Shown here: positions 32,601 through 44,600 of the stretch, in pieces | Layout of the letters: the number at the start of each line of letters is the position of its first letter | How positions within the stretch are numbered: the stretch's first letter is position 1 | Assembly: GCA_965205865.1 (NCBI GenBank) | Contig: CBDBHR010000017.1 | Coordinates: forward strand, 1-64,000 | Reading direction: 5' to 3' | Source of the DNA: a bacterium | GTDB taxonomy: Bacteria > SAR324 > NAC60-12 | DNA: 64,000 nucleotides | The notes under the pieces: generated by a model | Databases searched by the model: none | What the model was told of the DNA's origin: nothing | What the model saw: the letters and a program-made list of their open reading frames with translations, nothing else | Made by a program: the position numbers and the translations under genes

Positions 32601-35600
32601 TCTTTGTAGTTTTGTTTTTCCCATTCCTGTTGACCGATTTGATAGTACAGCGAAGCAATCCTCGAATTGGCATCGTCTTGATACTGACTGTCCTGGGTCT
32701 CCAAATAGTTTTGGTAGAGCTGTACAATGGCTTCCGGACGAACTGGTTTATACCGGGACTCAGGCTGGCTCTGTAAGATTTGATACTCCCCTTCGGCTTT
32801 CAGAAAAAGTGCTTGATGGCGTAAGGAAAACTGAGGAAATTGTTCCAATTCGTCAAAAAAGCTGATCGCCTCTTTGTAGTTTTTCTTTTCCCATTCCTGC
32901 TGACCGATTTGGTAGTAAAGCGAAGCAATTCTTGCTTTCGCTTCTCCTTGATACTGGCTATCCTCCGTTTTAAGATAATTCTGATAAAGCAGCACGATGG
33001 TTTCCATTTGTACTCGATTATGCTGCGACTCGGGTTGACTCATTAAGATTTGATATTCCCCTTCGGCTTTGAGAAAAAGGGCCGGATGGCGTAAGGGGAA
33101 TTGAGGGAATTGCTCCAGTTCATCAAAAAATGCGATGGCCTCTTTGTAGTTTTGCTGTTCCCATTCATTCTGACCGAGTTGATAATACAGGGAAGCAATC
33201 CTCGCTTTGGCATCATCTTGGAACTGGACATCCTCGGTTTTGAGATAATTCTGATAAAGCTGCGCAATGGCTTCCAGGCGAGCTCGTTCGTGTTGTGATT
33301 CAGACTGACTGAGTAATATTTGATATTCCCCTTCGGCTTTGAGAAAGAGGGTGGGATGACGTAAGGGGAACTGAGGAAATTGTTCCAGTTTGTCAAAATA
33401 CGTGATGGCTTCTTTGTAGTTTTGTTTTTCCCATTCCTGCTGACCGAGTTGATAGTAAAGGGAAGCAATCCTCGCTTTGGCATCGTCTTGATACTGACTG
33501 TCCTGGGTCTCCAAATAGTTTTGGTAGAGCTTTACAATGGCTTCCGGACGAACTCGTTTATACCGGGACTCAGGCTGGCTCTGTAAGATTTGATACTCCC
33601 CTTCGGCTTTCAGAAAAAGTGTCTGATGGCGTAAGGGGAACTGAGGAAATTGTTCCAATTCGTCAAAAAATGCGATGGCCTCTTTGTAGTTTTGCTGTTC
33701 CCATTCATTCTGACCAAGTTGGTAGTAAAGGGAAGCGATTCTTGCTTTCGCTTCTCCTTGATACTGGCTATCTTCCGTTTTAAGATAATTCTGATAAAGC
33801 AGCACGATGGTTTCCATTTGTACTCGATTATGCTGTGACTCGGGTTGACTCAGTAAGATTTGATATTCCCCTTCGGCTTTCAGAAAAAGGGTCGGATGGC
33901 GTAAGGAGAATTGAGGGAATTGCTCCAGTTCATCAAAAAATGCGATGGCCTCTTTGTAGTTTTGCTGTTCCCATTCCTGCTGACCGAGTTGATAGTAAAG
34001 GGAAGCAATCCTCGCTTTGGCATCATCTTGGTACTGGATGTCCTCGGTTTCGAGATAATTCTGATAAAGCTGCGCAATGGCTTCCAGGCGAGTTCGTTCG
34101 TGCTGCGACTTTGGTAGGTTTCGCAGGATTTGATACTCCCCTTCGGCTTTGAGAAAGAGGGTGGGGTGACGTAAGGGGAACTGAGGGAATTGTTCCAGTT
34201 TGTCGAAAAACGCGATGGCTTCTTTATAGTTTTGTTTTTCCCATTCCTGCTGACCGATTTGATAGTAAAGCGAAGCAATCCTCGAATTGGCATCGTCTTG
34301 ATACTGACCATCCTGGGTCTCCAAATAGTTTTGGTAGAGTTGTACAATGGCTTCCTGACGAGTTCGATTGCGCTGCGACTCAGGCTGACTGAGTAAGATT
34401 TGATATCCTCCTTCAGCTATGAGAAAGAGGGCGGAGTGGCGTAAAGGAAATAAAGGGAATTGCTTGAGTTCGTTAAAAAAAACGATCGCTTCCTTATAGT
34501 TTTGTTTTTCCCATTCACTTTGACCGAGCTGATAATACAGAGAAGCGATCCTTCCTCTGGCATCGCTTCGGAATTGGTTGTCCTCGGTTTTCAAATAGTT
34601 TTGATAGAGCTGAATGATGGCTTCCATGCGCACTCGATTATTCTGAAACTCAGGCTGGTTGAGCAAAATTTTATACTCTCCTTCAGCTTTGAGAAAGAGG
34701 GTGGATTGGCGCAGAGGGAATTGAGGGAATTGCTCGAGTTCGTCAAAATAAGCAATCGCTTCTCTATAGTTTTGCTTTTCCCATTCATTCTGCCCGAGTT
34801 GGTAGTAAAGGGAAGCAATCCTCGCTCTGGCATCGTTTCGGTATTGGCTGTCCTGAGTTTCCAAATAGTTTTGGTAGATCTGCGCAAGGGCTTCCAAATG
34901 AGCTCGTTCGTGCTCTGATTTCGGTTGGCTGAGCATGATCTGATATTCCCCTTCGGCCTTGAGAAAGAGGGCAGGGTGGCGTAGCGGGAATTGAGGGAAT
35001 TGTTCCAGTTTGTCAAAAAACGCGATGGCTTCTTTGTAGTTTTGTTTTTCCCATTCCTGCTGACCGATTTGGTAGTAAAGCGAAGCAATCCTCGAATTTG
35101 CATCGCCTTGATATTGACTGTCCTGGGTCTCCAAATAGTTTTGGTAGAGTTGTACAATGGTTTCCAGGTGAACTCGTTTTTGCTCGGATTCAGGTTGGCT
35201 GAGCAAGATTTGATACTCTCCTTCGGCTTTGAGAAAGAGAGTGGGGTGGCGCAGAGGGAATTGGGGAAACTGCTCGAGTTCGTCAAAATAAGCAATCGCT
35301 TCTTTGTAGTTTTGCTTTTCCCATTCATTCTGGCCGAGTTGATAGTAAAGGGAAGCAACCCTCGCTCCGGCATCGCTTTTGTATTGGTTGTCCCCGGTTT
35401 TGAGATAGTTCTGATAGAGTTGAATGATGCCTTCCAGGCGAACCCGATTGCGTTGAGGTTCAGGCTGGCTGAGCAAGATCTGATATTCCCCTTCGGCCTT
35501 GAGAAAAAGAGTGGTGTGGCGCAGAGGGAATTGGGGAAAATGCTCGAGTTCGTCAAAATAAGCAATCGCTTCTTTATAGTTTTGCTTTTCCCATTCATTC

Positions 35601-38600
35601 TGGCCAATTTGATAGTAAAGGGAAGCAATCCTCGCTCTGGCATCGTTACGGTATTGGCTGTCCCGAGTCTCCAAATAGTTTTGGTAGAGTCTCACGATGG
35701 CTTCCAGGCGAACCCGATTGTGTTGAGGCTCAGGCTGGCTGAGCAAGATTTGATACTCCCCTTCGGCTTTGAGGAAGAGGGTGGGATGACGTAAGGGGAA
35801 TTGAGGGAATTGTTCCAATTCGTCAAAAAAGCTGATCGCCTCTTTGTAGTTTTTCTTTTCCCATTCCTGCTGACCGATTTGGTAGTAAAGCGAAGCAATT
35901 CTTGCTTTCGCTTCTCCTTGATACTGGCTATCCTCCGTTTTAAGATAATTCTGATAAAGCAGCACGATGGTTTCCATTTGTACTCGATTATGCTGCGACT
36001 CGGGTTGACTCATTAAGATTTGATATTCCCCTTCGGCTTTGAGAAAAAGGGTCGGATGGCGTAAGGGGAATTGAGGGAATTGCTCCAGTTCATCAAAAAA
36101 TGCGATGGCCTCTTTGTAATTTTGCTTTTTCCATTCTTGCTGACCGAGTTGATAATACAGGGAAGCAATCCTCGCTTTGGCATCATCTTGGAACTGGACA
36201 TCCTCGGTTTTGAGATAATTCCGATAAAGCTGCGCAATGGCTTCCAGGCGAGCTCGTTCGTGTTGTGATTCAGGCTGACCGAGTAAAATTTGATATTCCC
36301 CTTCGGCTTTGAGAAAAAGGGTTGGGTGACGTAAGGGGAATTGAGGAAATTGTTCCAGTTTGTCAAAAAACGCGACGGCTTCTTTGTAGTTTTGTTTTTC
36401 CCATTCCTGTTGACCGATTTGATAGTACAGCGAAGCAATCCTCGAATTGGCATCGTCTTGATACTGACTGTCCTGGGTCTCCAAATAGTTTTGGTAGAGC
36501 TGTACAATGGCTTCCGGACGAACTGGTTTATACCGGGACTCAGGCTGGCTCTGTAAGATTTGATACTCCCCTTCGGCTTTCAGAAAAAGTGCTTGATGGC
36601 GTAAGGAAAACTGAGGAAATTGTTCCAATTCGTCAAAAAAGCTGATCGCCTCTTTGTAGTTTTTCTTTTCCCATTCCTGCTGACCGATTTGGTAGTAAAG
36701 CGAAGCAATTCTTGCTTTCGCTTCTCCTTGATACTGGCTATCCTCCGTTTTAAGATAATTCTGATAAAGCAGCACGATGGTTTCCATTTGTACTCGATTA
36801 TGCTGCGACTCGGGTTGACTCATTAAGATTTGATATTCCCCTTCGGCTTTGAGAAAAAGGGCCGGATGGCGTAAGGGGAATTGAGGGAATTGCTCCAGTT
36901 CATCAAAAAATGCGATGGCCTCTTTGTAGTTTTGCTGTTCCCATTCATTCTGACCGAGTTGATAATACAGGGAAGCAATCCTCGCTTTGGCATCATCTTG
37001 GAACTGGACATCCTCGGTTTTGAGATAATTCTGATAAAGCTGCGCAATGGCTTCCAGGCGAGCTCGTTCGTGTTGTGATTCAGACTGACTGAGTAATATT
37101 TGATATTCCCCTTCGGCTTTGAGAAAGAGGGTGGGATGACGTAAGGGGAACTGAGGAAATTGTTCCAGTTTGTCAAAATACGTGATGGCTTCTTTGTAGT
37201 TTTGTTTTTCCCATTCCTGCTGACCGAGTTGATAGTAAAGGGAAGCAATCCTCGCTTTGGCATCGTCTTGATACTGACTGTCCTGGGTCTCCAAATAGTT
37301 TTGGTAGAGCTTTACAATGGCTTCCGGACGAACTCGTTTATACCGGGACTCAGGCTGGCTCTGTAAGATTTGATACTCCCCTTCGGCTTTCAGAAAAAGT
37401 GTCTGATGGCGTAAGGGGAACTGAGGAAATTGTTCCAATTCGTCAAAAAATGCGATGGCCTCTTTGTAGTTTTGCTGTTCCCATTCATTCTGACCAAGTT
37501 GGTAGTAAAGGGAAGCGATTCTTGCTTTCGCTTCTCCTTGATACTGGCTATCTTCCGTTTTAAGATAATTCTGATAAAGCAGCACGATGGTTTCCATTTG
37601 TACTCGATTATGCTGTGACTCGGGTTGACTCAGTAAGATTTGATATTCCCCTTCGGCTTTCAGAAAAAGGGTCGGATGGCGTAAGGAGAATTGAGGGAAT
37701 TGCTCCAGTTCATCAAAAAATGCGATGGCCTCTTTGTAGTTTTGCTGTTCCCATTCCTGCTGACCGAGTTGATAGTAAAGGGAAGCAATCCTCGCTTTGG
37801 CATCATCTTGGTACTGGATGTCCTCGGTTTCGAGATAATTCTGATAAAGCTGCGCAATGGCTTCCAGGCGAGTTCGTTCGTGCTGCGACTTTGGTAGGTT
37901 TCGCAGGATTTGATACTCCCCTTCGGCTTTGAGAAAGAGGGTGGGGTGACGTAAGGGGAACTGAGGGAATTGTTCCAGTTTGTCGAAAAACGCGATGGCT
38001 TCTTTATAGTTTTGTTTTTCCCATTCCTGCTGACCGATTTGATAGTAAAGCGAAGCAATCCTCGAATTGGCATCGTCTTGATACTGACCATCCTGGGTCT
38101 CCAAATAGTTTTGGTAGAGTTGTACAATGGCTTCCTGACGAGTTCGATTGCGCTGCGACTCAGGCTGACTGAGTAAGATTTGATATCCTCCTTCAGCTAT
38201 GAGAAAGAGGGCGGAGTGGCGTAAAGGAAATAAAGGGAATTGCTTGAGTTCGTTAAAAAAAACGATCGCTTCCTTATAGTTTTGTTTTTCCCATTCACTT
38301 TGACCGAGCTGATAATACAGAGAAGCGATCCTTCCTCTGGCATCGCTTCGGAATTGGTTGTCCTCGGTTTTCAAATAGTTTTGATAGAGCTGAATGATGG
38401 CTTCCATGCGCACTCGATTATTCTGAAACTCAGGCTGGTTGAGCAAAATTTTATACTCTCCTTCAGCTTTGAGAAAGAGGGTGGATTGGCGCAGAGGGAA
38501 TTGAGGGAATTGCTCGAGTTCGTCAAAATAAGCAATCGCTTCTCTATAGTTTTGCTTTTCCCATTCATTCTGCCCGAGTTGGTAGTAAAGGGAAGCAATC

Positions 38601-41600
38601 CTCGCTCTGGCATCGTTTCGGTATTGGCTGTCCTGAGTTTCCAAATAGTTTTGGTAGATCTGCGCAAGGGCTTCCAAATGAGCTCGTTCGTGCTCTGATT
38701 TCGGTTGGCTGAGCATGATCTGATATTCCCCTTCGGCCTTGAGAAAGAGGGCAGGGTGGCGTAGCGGGAATTGAGGGAATTGTTCCAGTTTGTCAAAAAA
38801 CGCGATGGCTTCTTTGTAGTTTTGTTTTTCCCATTCCTGCTGACCGATTTGGTAGTAAAGCGAAGCAATCCTCGAATTTGCATCGCCTTGATATTGACTG
38901 TCCTGGGTCTCCAAATAGTTTTGGTAGAGTTGTACAATGGTTTCCAGGTGAACTCGTTTTTGCTCGGATTCAGGTTGGCTGAGCAAGATTTGATACTCTC
39001 CTTCGGCTTTGAGAAAGAGAGTGGGGTGGCGCAGAGGGAATTGGGGAAACTGCTCGAGTTCGTCAAAATAAGCAATCGCTTCTTTGTAGTTTTGCTTTTC
39101 CCATTCATTCTGGCCGAGTTGATAGTAAAGGGAAGCAACCCTCGCTCCGGCATCGCTTTTGTATTGGTTGTCCCCGGTTTTGAGATAGTTCTGATAGAGT
39201 TGAATGATGCCTTCCAGGCGAACCCGATTGCGTTGAGGTTCAGGCTGGCTGAGCAAGATCTGATATTCCCCTTCGGCCTTGAGAAAAAGAGTGGTGTGGC
39301 GCAGAGGGAATTGGGGAAAATGCTCGAGTTCGTCAAAATAAGCAATCGCTTCTTTATAGTTTTGCTTTTCCCATTCATTCTGGCCAATTTGATAGTAAAG
39401 GGAAGCAATCCTCGCTCTGGCATCGTTACGGTATTGGCTGTCCCGAGTCTCCAAATAGTTTTGGTAGAGTCTCACGATGGCTTCCAGGCGAACCCGATTG
39501 TGTTGAGGCTCAGGCTGGCTGAGCAAGATTTGATACTCCCCTTCGGCTTTGAGGAAGAGGGTGGGATGACGTAAGGGGAATTGAGGGAATTGTTCCAGTT
39601 CATCAAAAAAAGCGATGGCCTCTTTGTAGTTTTGTTTTTCCCATTCCTGCTGACCGAGCTGATAGTAAAGCGAAGCAATCCTCGCTCTGGCATCGTTCCG
39701 GTACTGATGGTCCTGGGTCTCCAAATAGTTTTGGTAAAGCCTCACAATAGCTTCCAGGCGAGTTCGTTCGTGCTGCGACTCAGGCTGGTTGAGCAAGATT
39801 TGATACTCTCCTTCCGCTTTGAGAAAGAGAGCAGGGTGGCGCAGAGGGAATTGGGGAAATTGCTCGAGCTCGTCAAAAAAAGCAATGGCTTCCTTGTAAT
39901 TTTCTTGTTCCCACTCATTCTGACCAAGTTGGTAGTAAAGAGACGCGATCCTTGCTCGGGAATCGTCTTGGTACCGATTGTCCTCGGTTTTGAGATAGTT
40001 CTGATAAAGATATATAACTTTTTCCATACCTGCCCGATCGTGCTGCGATTCAGGCTCGCTGAGCAGGATTTGATACTCCCCTTCGGCTTTCAGAAAAAGG
40101 GTGGAATGGAGCAGGGGAAATTGGGGGAATTGCTCGAGTTCGTTAAAAAATGCGATGGCTTCTTTGTAGTTTTGCTTTTCCCACTCTTGTTGACCAAGTT
40201 GATAGTATAGCAACGCGACTCGAGATCTGGCATCATCTTGATACTGGTCGTCCTCGGTTTTGAGATAGTTCTGATAGAGTTGAATAATGTCCTCTACGCG
40301 AACTCGTTTATTCCGGGACTCAGGTTGACTGAGCAGGATTTGATACTCCCCCTCGGCTTTCAGAAAAAGGATGGAGTGACGCAGAGGAAACTGAGGGAAT
40401 TGCTCCAATTCGTCAAAAAAAGCGATGGCTTCTTCAAAGTTTTTCTCATGCCATTCATACTGCCCGAGTTGATAGTAAAGCGAAGCGACCCGGGCTTCAG
40501 CATCACTTCGGTATTGGCTACTTTCGGTTTGGAGATAGTTTAGATAGAGCTGTATGATGTTTTCTATGCGAGCTTTGTTGTGCGGGGAATCCGGCTCGCT
40601 GAGCAGGATTTGATACTCCCCTTCGGCTTTCAGAAAAAGGATGGAGATGCGTTGGGGGAACTGTGGGAATTGCTCGAGTTCGTCAAAAAAAGCAATCGCT
40701 TCTTTGTATTTTTGCTTATCCCACTCACTCAGCCCGAGCTGGTAGTAAAGCGAAGCGATCCTTGCGCTGGCATCGCTTTGATACTGGCTGTCCCCGGTTT
40801 TGAGATAGTTTTTATAAAGCTGCGCAATAGTTTCCAGGTGAGCTCGTTTTTGCTCGGATTCAGGCCGACCGAGTGAGATTTGATACTCCCCTTCGGCTTT
40901 CAGAAAAAGGGTGGGGTGGCGCAGTGGAAACTGAGGAAATTGCTCGAGTTCGTCAAAAAAAGCAATCGCTTCTTTGTAGTTTTTCTCTTCCCATTCATTC
41001 TGCCCGAGTTGGTAGAATAGTGAAGCGATCCTCGCTCTGGCATCGGTTTCGTACTTGCTGTCCTCGGTTCCCAGATAATTTTTAAAGAGTTGTACAATGC
41101 CTTCCATGCGAACTCGATTGTGCTGCGATTTAGGCTGGTTCATCAAGATTTGGTATTCCCCTTCGGCTTTCAGAAAAAGGGCGGGGTGGCGCAGTGGAAA
41201 CTGAGGAAATTGCTCGAGTTTATCAAAAAAAGTGATCGCTTCTTTGAAATTTTGCTTTTCCCATTCCTCCTGTCCGAGCTGGTAATAAAGCGAGGCGACC
41301 CTCGCCCTGGCATCGGCTTGGTACTGATCGTCCTCCGTTATGAGATAGTTCTGATAGAGCTGAATGATGGCTTCCAGGCGAACTCGTTTATGCTGCAACT
41401 CGGGCTGGGTCAGCAGGATTTGATATTCCCCTTCTGCCTTGAGAAAAAGGGTGGGGTGACGCAAGGGGAATTGAGGAAATTGTTCCAGTTCGTCAAAAAA
41501 AGCAATCGCCTCTTTGAAGTTTTGCCTTTTCCACTGCAGTTGAGCAAGTTGATAGTAAAGCAAAGCAATCCTCGCATTGGCATCGTCCACGTACTGGCTG

Positions 41601-44600
41601 TCCTCGGTATTGAGATAGTTCTGATAGAGTATCACGATTGTTTCCATGCGAGCCCCTTTGTGCTGGGACTGAGGCTCGCTCAGCAGAATTTGATACTCCC
41701 CTTCGGCTTTCAGAAAAAGAGCCGGGTGGCGCAGGGGAAACTGAGGAAATTGCTCGAGTTCGTCAAAAAACGCGATGGCCTCTTTGTAGTTTTGCTTGTC
41801 CCATTCAATTTGACCGAGTTGGTAGTAAAGCGAAGCGATCCTCCCTCTGGCGTCGTCTTGGTACTCGCTGTCCTCGGTATCGAGATAGTTCTGATAAAGT
41901 TGAATGATGCCTTCCAGGCGAGTTCGTTTGCGCTGGGACTCAGGCTGATTGAGCAGGATTTGATACTCCCCTTCGGCTTTCAGAAAAAGGGTGGGATGGC
42001 GCAAATGGAATTGAGGAAATTGTTCTAATTCATCAAAAAAGGCGATGGCCTCTTCGTAGTTTTGCTTGTCCCATTCAATTTGACCGAGCTGGTAGTATAG
42101 CGAAGCGATCCTCGCTCTGGCATCCCCTTCGTATCGGCTATCTCCGGTTTTGAGATAGTTCTGATAGAGCTGAATGATGGCTTCCAGGCTAACTCGTTTG
42201 TGCTGGGTCTCGGGCTGACTCAGCAGGATTTGATATTCCCCTTCGGCTTTCAGAAAGAGTGCCGGGTGGCGTAGATGAAAAAGAGGGAATTGCTCTAGTT
42301 CGTCAAAAAAAGCAATCGCTTCTTTGTAGTTTTGCTTTTTCCACTGCAGTTGACCAAGTTGATAGTAAAGCAAAGCAATCCTCGCATTAGCATCGTCTTC
42401 GTACTGGCTGTCCTTGGTATTGAGATAGTTCTGATAGAGTTTCACGATGGCTTCCAAATGAGCCACTTTGTGCTGGGACTGAGGCTCGCTCATCAGTATT
42501 TGATACTCCCCTTCGGCTTTCAGAAAGAGAGCCGGGTGGCGCAGGGGAAACTGAGGGAATTGCTCGAGTTCGTCAAAAAACGCGATGGCCTCTTGGTAGT
42601 TTTGCCTGTCCCATTCAATTTGACCGAGTTGGTAGTATAGCGAAGCGATCCTCGCTCTGGCGTCGTCTTGGTACTTGCTGTCCTCGGTTTTGAGATAGTT
42701 CTGATAGAGCTGAATAATGCCTTCCAGGCGAGTTCGTTTGTGCTGGGACTCAGGCTGATTGAGCAGGATTTGATACTCCCCTTCGGCTTTCAGAAAAATG
42801 GTGGGATGGCGCAACGGGAATTGGGGAAATTGTTCCAATTCATCAAAAAACGCGATGGCCTCTTCGTAGTTTTGCTTGTCCCATTCAAATTGACCGAGTT
42901 GGTAGTAAAGCGAAGCGATCCTCGCTCTGGCATCGTTCCGGAACTGCTTGTCCTTTGTCTCCAAATAGTTTTGGTAGAGTCGCACGATGGTTTCCAAGCG
43001 CACTCGTGACTGCTGGGTCTGAGGCTGGCTGAGCAAGATCTGATACTCTCCTTCGGCTTTCAGAAAAAGGGTGGGGTGACGCAAAGGGAATTGTGGGAAT
43101 TGCTCCAGCTTGTCGAAAAAAGCGATCGCATCTTTGTAGTTTTGCTTCTCCCATTCAATTTGACCGATCTGGTAGTAAAGCAATGCGATCCTCGCTCTGG
43201 CGTCGTCTTGGTATTGGTCGTCTTGAGTCTCTAAATAGTTTTGGTAGAGTAGCACGATGGCTTCCAAACGAGTCCGTTTCTGTTGGGATTCGGGCAGGCC
43301 GAACAAGATTTGATATTCTCCTTCTGCTTTGAGAAAGAGAGTGGGGTGACGCAGGGGGAATTGGGGGAATTGCTCCAATTTATCAAAAAAACCGATAGCT
43401 TCCTTGTAATTTTGCTTTTTCCATTCATTCTGACCAAGCCGATAATAAAGCACGGCAATCCTTGCATTGGCATCACTTTGATACTGGATGTTCCCGGTTT
43501 TAAGATAATTCTGAAAGAGAAGTACGATGGCTTCCAGGCGAACTCGTTTGTGCTCAGATTCTGGCAGGCTGAGCAGGATCTGATACTCCCCTTCGGCTTT
43601 GAGAAAGAGAGCCGGGTGGCGTAAAGGGAATCCCGGAAATTGTTCCAACTCATCAAAAAAAGTGATGGCTTCCCTGTAATTATGCCGTTGCCACTCCTGC
43701 TGACCCAGTTGATAATAAAGCAAAGCAACCCTCGCCTTAGCATCGTCTTGGTACTGATTGTCCTTGGTTTTCAAATAGTTCTGATAGAGTTGGACAATAG
43801 CTTCCAGGCGAGCTCGTTTGTGCTGTGATTTAGGCCGCTTGAGCAAGATTTGATACTCGCCTTCGGCTCTGAGAAAAAGAGTCGGGTGGCGGTGGGGAAA
43901 TTGAGGAAATTGCTCGAGTTTCTCAAAAAATGCGATGGCCTCTTTGTAGTTTTGCTTTCCCCATTCATTCTGACCGAGTTGATAGTAAAGCAAAGCGATC
44001 CTCGCTCTGGCGTCGTCTTGGTACTCGCTGTCCTCGGTTTTGAGATAGTTCTGATAGAGCTGTACAATGGCTTCCAGGCGAGATCTTTTTTGCCGTAACT
44101 CAGCCAGACTGAGCATGATTTGATACTCTCCTTCGGCTTTGAGAAAGAGTGCCGGATAGCGTAATGGAAATTGAGGAAATTGCTCCAATTTCTCAAAAAA
44201 AGTAATGGCCTCTTTGTAATTTTGCTTTTTCCATTCAATTTGACCGAGTTGGTAGTAAAGCGATGCAATCCTCGCGTTTGCTTCTCTTTGGTACTGGTCG
44301 TCCTGGGTCTCCAAGTAGTTTTGATAGAGTTGCGCGATGGTTTCCATTTCAACTCGACTATGCCGGGACTCAGGCCGACTGAGAAAGATTTGATACTTCC
44401 CTTCGGCTTTGAGAAAAAGGGTGGGTTGACGCAGAGGGAAATGAGGGAATTGCTCGAGTTCGTCAAAAAAAACGATGGCCTCTTTGTAGTTTTGCTTCTC
44501 CCATTCCATTTGACCGAGTTGGTAATAAAGCGAAGCAATCCTCGCTTTGGCATAGTCTTGGTACTGGCTGTCCTCGGTTTTGAGATAGTTCTGATAGAGC

